A DNA stretch of 64,000 nt from Octopus vulgaris (taxonomy: Eukaryota), in the NCBI GenBank assembly GCA_951406725.2, contig OX597823.1, forward strand, positions 48,298,001-48,362,000. Reading direction: 5' to 3'. Made by a program: the position numbers and the translations under genes. The notes under the pieces are model-generated. The model was not told where the DNA came from. It searched no databases and saw only the letters and a list, made by a program, of their open reading frames with translations. Positions 53,409 to 64,000 of this stretch are shown one piece after another. How positions within the stretch are numbered: the first letter of the stretch is position 1; each line of letters opens with the position of its first letter.

Positions 53409-54654
53409 TTTCTCTCTGTCTCACTTCCTCCTCACCCACTACTACGAAACTATAAAAAGGTTCAAACTACCCACAACTGATTTGATTTGAAAACCCACTA
53501 GAATGGGAGCAAGCGCTAATCCGAATGATATGATATATATGTAAAAAATGTAATATATAAATAAATATCTACAAATATGAACCATCTGATCTGATTACCT
53601 CAATTTTTCTAATATATATGTATATATATACATATATATATACATATATATATACATATATGTGTGTATGTGTGTACATGTATGAATGTTTGTATGCATG
53701 TACTAACACATACACACAATGGGCTTCTTTCAGTTTCCAGCCACCAAATCAACTCACAAAACTTTGGTCAGCCCAAAGGCTATAGTAGACAACACTTGCT
53801 CAAAGTCTACATAGTGGGACTCAACCCAGAATCATGTGGTTGGCAAGCAAAACTTCTTACCACACAGCCACGCCTGCACCTATTTATGAAATTTTCTATA
53901 TGAAAACTGATTGCAGAGCTTTATAAACGATCCGTGTGAAATTCTTAATGAATATCTATGGGAAATTCTCAGAGAAAGGGATTTTAACACTGTAACTCAT
54001 CCTTAAAACAAATCATTCAGTTATAACAGGTGTAGTTAACCCATTTCCAGGTATTTTCTGTACAAAAGTCATGACTTTTAGAAGATATTCAAAAAATTTT
54101 CAGATGGTGAATCATTTGTACCACATTTATGAAAATCATACCAAGCAGATAATTGGATTTATAGTAAGGATATATATTTAACTACAATCACTTTGGAGTG
54201 ATTAATTTTATCATCTGCTGGCCTGCTTGGGAAATATTTAAATAGAATTTTCACAATATGTTAAAAAAAAAACCGCACAAACATTAAAGCCATAATTGTA
54301 TTTTAAAAGAAAAAGTGTGAGTTATAAATGTATGTATATATGTATGTATGTATGTATGCATGCATGTATGTATGTATGCATATATGTATGCCTGCATGTA
54401 ATCATGCATGCCAGCATGTATGTATATATGTATGCATGTATCTATGTATGTATGTATGTGCACATACACACAATGGGCTTCTTTCAGTTTCCAACCACCA
54501 AATCCATTCACAAGGCTGTATGTATGTATACCTGCATGTAATCATGCATGCAAGCATGTATGTATGTATGTATGTATGTATGTATGTATGTATGTATGTA
54601 TGTATGTATGTATGTATGTATGTATGTATGTATGTATGTATATATGTATGTATG

Positions 54655-54685
<31 letters not shown>

Positions 54686-55027
54686 ACTCAATTGGCAGAA
54701 TCATTGAAGTATCCCTTCTGTACAATGGTATTGCTCTAATGTTTTGACTTCAACTCCTGCTGAAGTCAGTTTCACCTTTCATATTTTCAGTGTTGATAAA
54801 TAAACTAGTGTCTCAGAATGTAACATCACAAATTTCAACTCTTATTTCACATTACTGTTTCTTGAATAATACTAATAAATAAGAAGCTGATATCATATTT
54901 ATGTATAAGTTAAATTGTCATGAAATATGCAACATGTGTAAATCAAAAGAAACCCTCTTATTTCTTTCAAATATTTAACAGTTTGGTAGAATGATGTCTA
55001 GCATTTAGCCATTAGATATTTTGAAAT

Positions 55028-55248
55028 ATTGGTTTAAAATTTTGGCACAAGGCCAGCAAGTTTGGTGGAGGTGTAAGATGATTACAGTGGCTGTGTGGTA
55101 AGTAGCTTGCTTACCAACCACATGGTTCCGGATTCATTTCCACTGTATGGTACCTTGAGCAAGTGTCTTCTACTATAACCTCAGGCTGAACAAAGCCTTA
55201 TGAGTGGATTTGGTAGGCAGAAACTGAAAGAAGCCCATCGTATATATG

Positions 55249-55279
<31 letters not shown>

Positions 55280-55645
55280 GTATATATGTTTGTGTGGCTG
55301 TGTCTGTTGCCCCAATATCGCTTGACAACCAATGCTGGTGTGTTTACGTCCCCATAACTTAGCGGTTCGGCAAAAGAGACTGATAGAATATGTACTAGGC
55401 TTCCAAAGAATAAGTCCTGAGGTTGATTTGCTCGACTAAAGGCGGTGCTCCAGCATGGCTACAGTCAAAGGACTGAAACAAGTAAAAGAGATAATTCTAA
55501 TGCTCTACAGAAACTTATTTTATTGACTCTGGAAGGATAAAGTGCAAAGTTGACCTCAGCAGTATTTGAACTCAGAATGTAAAGACAGATAAAAGACTGC
55601 TAAGCATTTTACCTGGTATGATAACAATTCTGCCAGATCACCACC
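55028..55645. mobile_element. Family-A SINE (-) interrupted by family-B SINE (+, about 55086-55490)
   Basis: The two halves of the A consensus flank a B copy. Confidence 0.8.
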
Positions 55646-55994
55646 ATGGTATTTTGAAGTATTAATAAAAATTTTTAGTTGTAGTTCTGAATAAGAAATT
55701 TGTATGTAACTACTGTGAATTTTTTTTTTTTTTTTTCAGAAATCTGAAAGCCACAAACCATCACTACCCTCTATATAAGGCTTGACTTATTGTAATATCC
55801 TCCAAGTAATTATTATTGTTTTTAGAAACCAGAAATATTTTGATGAAATTGTTGTCAGAAACCATTTTAGTGTATACATAGTGATTATATGACTAGTGTA
55901 TGTGTTGTGATTATATCTTTATTCAAAATGATTTTCAATCAACTTGATATCATCTTTAGACACTGAATCATTAGCTGAATTATAAATCAACATC

Positions 55995-56575
55995 AGTTGA
56001 ACTTCTCAATAAAGAATATAGCCATTCATTCAAGGAAACAGTATATTGAAAGGCTAATCCAAAAGATTGATAAATTTGTAAAGAGAATGTAGTGGAAAGT
56101 CTTCTTCATTAAATATGATCATGATTTGCCGACTCTCAACAACAAGTTCAGTTTTACGACCCAGAAATGTCCACCAGAAAAAGATGCTATTGGAACGTTT
56201 TGAAGCGGAACTTTTCTACTTAATTAGGATACTGAGATACAAAAGTATGATTAAATGATTTCAGCAAGTCTTTAAAGAACAATTCAAAAACCTTCCAACA
56301 TTCCAGAAACATTTTTGTCTTCTTGGACAAAGTCAGAATTTTATAGAAAAATATCAGAGACTACTGATACCTAAAAACGACACTATATTTAATTCTATTA
56401 ATCTAGAAGATAAGCAAATGGCTATCAATTTAGAAAAAGTTAAGAGTTGAATGTTTAGCTTTATGAAATCTTCCTTTTAAGCACTATAATCAAAATTTTA
56501 TTCATAATTCACCTTGTAAGTTAATTAATGTAAGTGAAACTGAATTGGGTATAGTGAGTAAAAGTATCTTAGACA
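55995..56575 (+). mobile_element. Decayed Penelope-like element, N-terminal region
   Basis: NFSIKNIAIHSRKQYIERLIQKIDKFVKRM*WKVFF...KFSFTTQKCPP...ERFEAELF...DKSQNF resembles PLE N-terminal motifs upstream of the RT. Confidence 0.7.
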
Positions 56576-56842
56576 GGTTATATCTATCCCCACTCAATCG
56601 TGACTGTTCTATTAGAACAAACTATACTGTGGTAGTTATCATGAGAGAAACTCTCATATTGCTTTTTTTTTTTCTTTTTTTTTGGTGCAAAATGTACTGA
56701 AAGAAATGCATTTTGCATTGTGATTTTCACAGAGTGCATTTTGCACCAAAAAAACCGATATGAGAGTTTCTCTCATGGTAACTGCCACAGTATAGTTTGT
56801 TCTAATAGAACACTCATGATTGAATGGGGATAAATATTACCT
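56575..56842. mobile_element. Foldback MITE with ~110-bp inverted arms
   Basis: TGTTCTATTAGAACAAACTATACTGTGG..CATGAGAGAAACTCTCATAT is mirrored at 56758-56812. Confidence 0.85.
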
Positions 56843-57385
56843 CTTGATATTGACACTGCCTCTGTTGCTAACATATATCTTAGACAGTGTAAAAGTATTT
56901 TAGTCTCAAAATTAAACTAAAAACTGAGATAATTTAATGGAATGACTGCCTTAAATCAGTATACACACTTGAAACAGCAGAGATATAAAATAATGATATT
57001 TATATAATCTATAACACGTTTCTGTTACACACAAAGGTACCATGGTACCAAATGACAGCAGTGGACAGTCAGGCTCTGGTGTTCTGTGATGAAATTCTAC
57101 ATTATATACCATTCCATGTTTGAGTGTACACAAGCATGTTACAAATAATATCCACGCCATTATTTTGATTTTTGTTGTTTGAATATATTTATAAGAGCAA
57201 AATTTCTTAGCTAGTTCTGAATGACTGAAGTGATGTCTGTCTTTGAAGGAGTGAAATTATGCTGAGTACATCATGTTAGCATGATTTGAAGTATGTTCTA
57301 TTTTAAAGGTATTGAGTTCATAGGGAAAAGTTGTTTTCTAAGACCAAATCCAACAATAAGAACTGTTCCAGGTTGTTGTTTAGAT

Positions 57386-57732
57386 CAGAGGTTCTCAACT
57401 ATTTTTTTATCTATGGACCCCTTTGATAACTCTTTCAATCTGATGGACCCCTATAGCCATTCAGTGTTTAAAAATTAGTTTTATAGAAACTGCTTTCAAA
57501 ATTCCTGTTTTGTTTTTTACACATTGTGTAGGTTGAACTGTGTAAAATGTTAGAGAAAAAACCTAGCTGTTTCTTGCAATACATACCAACACATACATCT
57601 AAAGCAAACTTTTTTTAGGGGTTCTTAAAATACTATTGCAGATCTCCAATTTATTATTTTGTTGTGTAGCCCCCCCCCCTAAATCTTATATGGATCCTCA
57701 GGGGTCATATGGACACCAACTGAGAACCACTG
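57386..57732 (+). mobile_element. hAT-type MITE, copy 2
   Basis: TIRs CAGAGGTTCTCAA / TTGAGAACCACTG; colinear with 5286-5639. Confidence 0.8.
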
Positions 57733-57841
57733 TTTTAAGATGCTCATGTTACAAACGATGCACACATCAGTTTGCCTGATTCTTATTGGTTAAGTAGTAT
57801 TTTCAAATAAGCACCTCTATAAATTAACCCAGTTTGATATC

Positions 57842-58075
57842 TATTTCTTTATTACCCACAAGGGGCTAAACACAGAGGGGACAAACAAGGACAGACATAG
57901 GTATTAAGTCGATTAAATCGACCCCAGTGCGTAACTGGTACTTAATTTATCGACCCCGAAAGGATGAAAGGCAAAGTCGACCTCGGCGGAATTTGAACTC
58001 ACAACGTAACGCAGACGAAATACTTCTAAGCATTTCGCCCGGCGTGCTAACGTTTCTGCCAGCTCGCCGCCGATG
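57842..58075 (-). mobile_element. Young SINE family A with 13-bp TSD
   Basis: CCAGTTTGATATC at 57829-57841 and 58076-58088; CpGs retained. Confidence 0.93.
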
Positions 58076-59569
58076 CCAGTTTGATATCGTTGAATATTAC
58101 GCTTTGATAACAACCAATTTCATTATGAAAATAATCATGCATGCAGGTTCACTCCTTTCTCTTGATAACATTGAGTAAATAAATAAGTTGCTAATTCTGT
58201 TGATAAGAACTTATCCTAATCATATTCCATAAGGTCAACCACTTACAGTGAGATTTACATTGTGACAACACAGTCCTTATTACATGCAACATGAATGGCT
58301 AACAGTAAGAGAGTTTCAGATAAAATTCCATTCTGAGTTATTTGAAGATTTTCACCTCACGATTACTGTTAACACAAATTTACACATTGATAATTTTTTT
58401 TACATATAACCTGAAATTTAGAATCCAATAAATATTACACATTTATAAAGTTAAATGGAACATTATAGTATATAAATATGGCTTCAAACCATCTGCATGA
58501 CATAATAAATAATTCAGTGAAAAATGCTACTGTACAGTTATCTAGTAGTTCATCTGATACACCTTAATTCTATAAAATGGTCTTTCTAAATGAATGTGTT
58601 TTAAGGTTAAGAGTAACTACATGAATTACAATATTGCCATAAAAAGAAAACAGAAAAGGTAAAAATATTAGATTTAATGCTTCATTTGACTTCAAAGTCT
58701 ATACTAGTATCACTAAACAGTTCTTTTATCTATATGATAAATATTTTCAATGAGCAATAGAGATAATATTTTATAATCTTTTATAATCTTTTATCTTTTA
58801 CTTGTTTCAATCATTAGACTGTGACCATAATGTGGCACCGCCTTGAAGGATTTTTTGTTGCATGAATTGCATCATGTCCAGTACTTACTGTTGTTTTTTT
58901 TTAAGCCTGCTGATTATTTTATCAGTTGCCTTTTGCTGAACTGTTAATTTACCAGTATGTAAAAACACCGGCATCAGTTGTCAAGAGGTGGTGATGAGAA
59001 CACAAAGACATATGCAGAAAGAAATATGGATCATCATCATCATCATTTAATGTCGGCTTTCCATGCTGGCATCGGTTGGATTGCTTGACAGGAGCTCGCC
59101 AGATAGAAGACTGCACTATATTTCTGTGTCTGTTTTGGCATGGTTTTATACAACTTGATGCCTTTCTTTACACCAACTACCCCTCAAAGTGAGGTGAGTG
59201 TTTTTTACATGGTACCAGCACAGGCGAGGTGAGTTTTGGTATGGTTTTTACAGCTGGATGTTTGCCCCTCCAAATGCCAACCACATTACAGTATGGACTG
59301 GATGCTTTTTACATGGCACCAGCACTGGCAGGGTCACCAAGTAACTTGCAAGAAAAGGAATTTTTGAGAGCGGACGGGCATTGGAGAAAGTGATCTTGAG
59401 TCAGATGATGAAAGGCTAGAGAATGACAGAGAGAAAGAGAGACAGAAACAGATGTTTTGCTCTAAAGGTGGTACATGGTTACCAAGCCAGAAAGAGAGAG
59501 AAAGAGAAAGAGAGGGTGAGAAAGAGAAAGAAAGTAAGTGAGAGAGAGAGGGAGAGAGAGTTTTATATA

Positions 59570-60546
59570 AAGGCAGATTGTATGACGCATGTGTACAAAC
59601 AGCTATGCTACATGGCAGTGAAACATGGGCTGTGACTGCTGATGATATGCGTAAGCTCACAAGAAATGAAGCCAGTATGCTCCGATGGATGTGTAATGTC
59701 AGTGTTCATACTCGACAGAGTGTAAGTACTTTGAGAGAAAAGTTGGACCTAAGAAGCATCAGTTGTGGTGTGCAAGAGAGACGTTTGTGCTGGTATGGTC
59801 ATGTGGCGAGAATGGATGAAGATAGTTGAGTGAAAAAGTCCCACACCCTAGTGGTTGAGGGAACCTGTGGAAGAGGTAGACCCAGGAAAACCTGGGACGA
59901 GGTGGTGAAGCATGACCTTCGAACTTTAGGTCTCACCGAGGAAATGACTAGAGACCGAGACTATTGGAAGTATGCTGTGTGTGAGAAGACCCGGCAGGAC
60001 AAGTGAGGCCATAATCCTGTGGCCTCTATCTGGGACGTAGCCAGCCCACTTATGTGTTCCTTTCCTTCTTGGGACACAAAACTCCACTTGTGAAGACCTG
60101 TTGAGGCAAGTGAAAATCAAAATCAAAATCATAATCTATCAACATCAGTGGAATTTGTAGCTGTGATACCAGTGCCGGTGGCATATAAGAGAATCATCCA
60201 AACGTGGCCGTAGCCAGCGCCGCCCTGACTGGCTTCCGTGCCGGTGGCACGTAAAAAGCACCATCCAACCGTGGCCATTGCCAGCTTCGTCTGGTCTCCG
60301 TGCTGGTGGCACGTAAAAAGCACTATCCGATCATGGCTGTTTGCCAGCCTTGTCTGGTACCTGTGCAGGTGGCACGTAAAAAGCACCCACTACACTCACG
60401 GAGTGGTTGGCGTTAGGAAGGGCAACCAGCTGTAGAAACACTGCCAGATCAGACTGGGCCTGGTGTAGCTTTCTGGCTTCCAAGACCCCAGTTGAACTGT
60501 CCAACCCATGCTAGCATGGAAAGCGGATGTTAAACGATGATGATGA
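59570..60546 (+). mobile_element. 5'-truncated RTE-clade LINE: ORF C-terminus, 3' UTR tandem units and (GAT)n tail
   Basis: YDACVQTAMLHGSETW...RRLCWYGHVARMDEDS*...GRGRPRKTW are RTE C-terminal motifs; one internal stop. Confidence 0.9.
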
Positions 60547-60643
60547 TATGATGGGTGTCTTTCCATTTCTATCTACCAAAACCACTCACAAGGCTTTGGT
60601 TGACCTGAGACTATATGGATATGATTAGAAAGAAGAGTTTCGT

Positions 60644-61000
60644 AGGCGTAGGAGTGGCTGTGTGGTAAGTAGCTTGCTTACGAAGCAAATGATTTCGGGT
60701 TCAGTCCCATTGCATGGCACCTTGGGCAAGTGTCTTCTCTTATAGCCTCAGGCTGACCAAAGCCTTGTGAGTGGATTTGGTAGACGGAAACTGAAAGAAG
60801 CTTGTCGTATATATGTATATATATATATGTATGTGTGTGTATATGTTTGTGTGTCTGTGTTTGTCCCCCCAACATCGCTTGACAACTGACGCTGGTGTGT
60901 TTACATCCCTGTAACTTAGTGTTTCAGCAAAAGAGACCAATAGAATAAGTACTAGGCTTACAAAGAATAAGTCCTGGGGTTCCAGCAAGTAAAAGAGTAT
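60644..61000 (+). mobile_element. SINE family B
   Basis: Match to 12467-12894. Confidence 0.88.
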
Positions 61001-61869
61001 AGGTCAAATCTAAAACAGGAAGAGAAATGAGAGGAAGAAAGAGAGAAAAAAAGAAAAGAGGGGAGAGAGACAAAAACAAAGGGTGACAGAAAAAAGAAGA
61101 AAGGGTGAAGGAAGTGAGAGAGAGAGAGTGTTAGTTGGTGGTCAAGATAATGTGATGGGTGTATGAGAGAGGTGTGGGGGAGGGAAATGAAGAGACAAGA
61201 AGGTAAGGAGTAAAAGAATGTGAGATATATGAGTAGGGGTGATATGACAGAGCTGCATTAAGGGATGGGCGAAGAAAAGGTAGGCCAAAGTGAGTAGTAG
61301 TTTTGGTAGTAAAATTTGAGGTGGAGGGGAGAATACAAGGATGTCAAATTACTATAAATAGATGTGTGTGATAGGTTAGTGATAGGTAGGATAGGAGGAA
61401 AGAATGAATATTTGTGAATATGTATGCTCATACATGCACATACACATATATAGACATATACATATGCCTATATATACACATGCATATAAACATATGCATG
61501 CTCATGTGCATCAATAGCTGTATTCATACATGCATATGCATGCACATATATGCATATATACATGCACGTAATTGCATACAGATTTAGTCACAGACATGCA
61601 CAAATACAGGTACTTACGTATATGTATATACACATATGCATACTCATTCATATATATATTTGTATATATAAATGCACACACACATATATATATACATTCG
61701 CACACATGCACATATATATGTGTATGCACACATGCACGCACACACACACATATATTTACATACACCCACATATAAATATATATATATACATACATAAAAT
61801 ACCTGTACACTCTTTTATACACACCCATATGTATCCTCTTGCATGCTCATATATGTATTAGTAAATAAT

Positions 61870-62325
61870 TGTGAGCTTTAAAGTATGATGGGGGAGTTAG
61901 TTGAAGATTAAAATTTAAAATGGAGATAAGTAGGGTTATTGGGGATTACCTACGGGATGTTGTGGATATATACTGTGTGGTTATTTAGGTTGCATTTAGA
62001 TTTGTGGTAAAATTTGGAGTTATGAAAAAAGTGGTGGTTGCATGTGCTTAGGGCCTCATTATATTTGGTTAGTAGTGTTGCGGAGTTGTGTTTTAATACG
62101 TGGAATACCTCTTTAAGGTATAACTTACAGGCTAAGTGTTGACCTTGGTATGGAAGCCCTGAATCTATTATGAACCATGATAAAGTGTAGGGAATATTTC
62201 TATTTTTGATACGATGTATGTGGCTGGCAAGTGTTGTGGATTTACTGTGTTTCTCGTATCTAAAAGAATTTAGATGAGTGGCATATTGCTGTTTAAAAGT
62301 TATGGTCGATCCTATATATATATAT
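61870..62325 (-). mobile_element. Penelope-like element, GIY-YIG endonuclease C-terminal fragment
   Basis: YIGSTITFKQQYATHLNSF...STTLASHI...LSWFII...CKLYLKE...LLTKYNEALSTCNH. Confidence 0.85.
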
Positions 62326-62406
62326 AGCTGTAGAATTGTGTAATGTGTTGAGGACAGTGCATTTATAAATTGCATTAGATCTTCTACAATGGGTTTGTAG
62401 AGGGAA

Positions 62407-62452
<46 letters not shown>

Positions 62453-63271
62453 TCATATTCCACCCATTTTGTTTTCACAATTATACCTTCATGTAACTTT
62501 CTTCTTTAATATTTAATCAAATTTTCTATAGCTCCCAGCTAAGTTAATTTTTTTTACTTCAAACACTGTCCCATTTATTTATATGCTTAACTTGTAAGTT
62601 TTTAAGCTACAATAATTGCATTTTTATTCAGATTTATATCATTACCCTTACATCTAATTCTCATCTGTATGATGGCACTTATTTCAGTTCCTTGCTATTA
62701 ACCTATATCCTATATATAGCATAAGTTTCATCTTTGTTCTTTTAATTAATCTACTATTATAATCTATATTTTTCTGGAAACACAATTTTTTTTACCAATT
62801 TACCCCAAATTAAGAGGATTCTTTAGTAATTTAGTAATTTAATAGTTCTAAATTATTGTGCAAACAGAATTATTCAAAACTTATAGTTCTCTTTTAGCAT
62901 ATTATATATTTTAGTCAGTTCTGATCTAAGAGTAATTATAAACGTGATTCTTATGGAGAATATTATTTAAAAAATAGTATTATAGTAGCTGTTTAATCAT
63001 ACACACATATATGTACATATACATAGAAAGCCTAAATTTTTTTTTACATAAATTACAATTGCAACATTAACACTTATTGAAATAAAACATTGCCACCATC
63101 AATCTATATCACTAACTAACCAAATTACACTCAAGTATTTCTTGCTCTCTTGACTAAATATTGATTTCAAATTTTGGCATAAGTTCAAGGAGAGGATAAA
63201 TCGATTACATTGACACCAGTGTTCAACTGGTACTTATTTTATCGACCCTGAAAAGTTGAAAGGTAAAAATC

Positions 63272-63512
63272 AACCCTTATTCAGGGACCTTTTGAGCGGG
63301 ATGGGTTACTCGACCAGAATAAAATTCTAACTTGGCTCCACCTGCAAGGTCATATGCTGTTTATCTTGATATGAGATCACCATGTCGTGTATATATATGG
63401 TTGTGATACATGTGCCTAGTGTACCCTTATCAGATAGGTAGTCATGATGGGTATACTGGGCTTCATGTATTTTATACCAATGTCACTTTGATGGCATGCA
63501 CTGCTCTCTCAC

Positions 63513-63545
<33 letters not shown>
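63272..63545 (+). mobile_element. Non-LTR 3' region ending in (TAA)n, copy 2, between family-A SINEs (-)
   Basis: Colinear with about 40285-40540. Confidence 0.7.
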
Positions 63546-63546
<1 letters not shown>

Positions 63547-64000
63547 TAATCCTTTCTACTGGAAGCACAAGGCATCAAATTTTGGGGAAGGGATTCAGTC
63601 GATTACATCAATCCCAGTGCGTAACTGGTACTAATTTTAATGACCCCCAAAAGGATGTAAAGCAAAATCGACCTCAGTGGAATTTGAACTCAGAATGTAG
63701 GGGCAGATGAAATGCCACAAAGCATTTCACCCGACGTGCTAAGAATTCTGCCAGCTTGCTGCCTTAATAAGTAGTAGTAGTAACAACTAGCAGTACCCAT
63801 AGAAATTACACAGTATGTACAAAGTTTTAGATTGTTAGAACTTTATATAGAACCATAAAAATTAATGTTCTGTTTGAAATTGTATATTCTGCCTTGTTTT
63901 ATTTTTAAAAAACGCCTTTCAGTTCTTTTGGATAGGCTATAATTGAAGGAGCATGACTTCTCCATTCTCTCAGCACATCAGAGTTTCATTTAGAAATCTA

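Noticed and set aside
58247-58410. Minus-strand exon with GTAAGT donor
   Set aside because: Stops in all frames from the best acceptor; a shorter 52-nt version is open in one frame but unsupported
60170-60390. CRISPR-like regularly spaced repeats (also 2778-3040 and 23258-23425)
   Set aside because: The spacers are homologous to each other, there are no cas genes, and the array is the 3' UTR of a eukaryotic RTE LINE

Overview
AT-rich, repeat-saturated eukaryotic DNA. The density of (TA)n/(CA)n/(TATG)n/(GAT)n/(TAA)n microsatellites and the SINE/LINE families suggest an octopus or other coleoid cephalopod (inference, not tested). No intact protein-coding gene is visible, and nearly all ORFs in the supplied track are microsatellite or SINE artefacts. 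The window holds dozens of tRNA-derived SINEs from several families. It also has decayed LINE fragments (RTE, CR1/L2-type, Tx1/L1-type, an RLE-type R4/Dong/NeSL-like element), three Penelope-like fragments, and DNA transposon relics (maT DD37D, Tigger/pogo, hAT and piggyBac MITEs, a non-autonomous Helitron). The only host-gene signal is a weak two-exon candidate on the minus strand near 48.2-48.6 kb. Three signals stand out: (i) a dispersed set of hammerhead-ribozyme-like motifs in short islands embedded in (TA)n arrays, often with inverted duplications, including a near-intact one at 3493-3576(-); (ii) tandem RTE 3' UTR units that can each fold into a hairpin plus a compact H-type pseudoknot; (iii) SINE families sharing or swapping LINE-derived 3' tails. 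Repeat boundaries were set by eye and are approximate unless a TSD or TIR is quoted.
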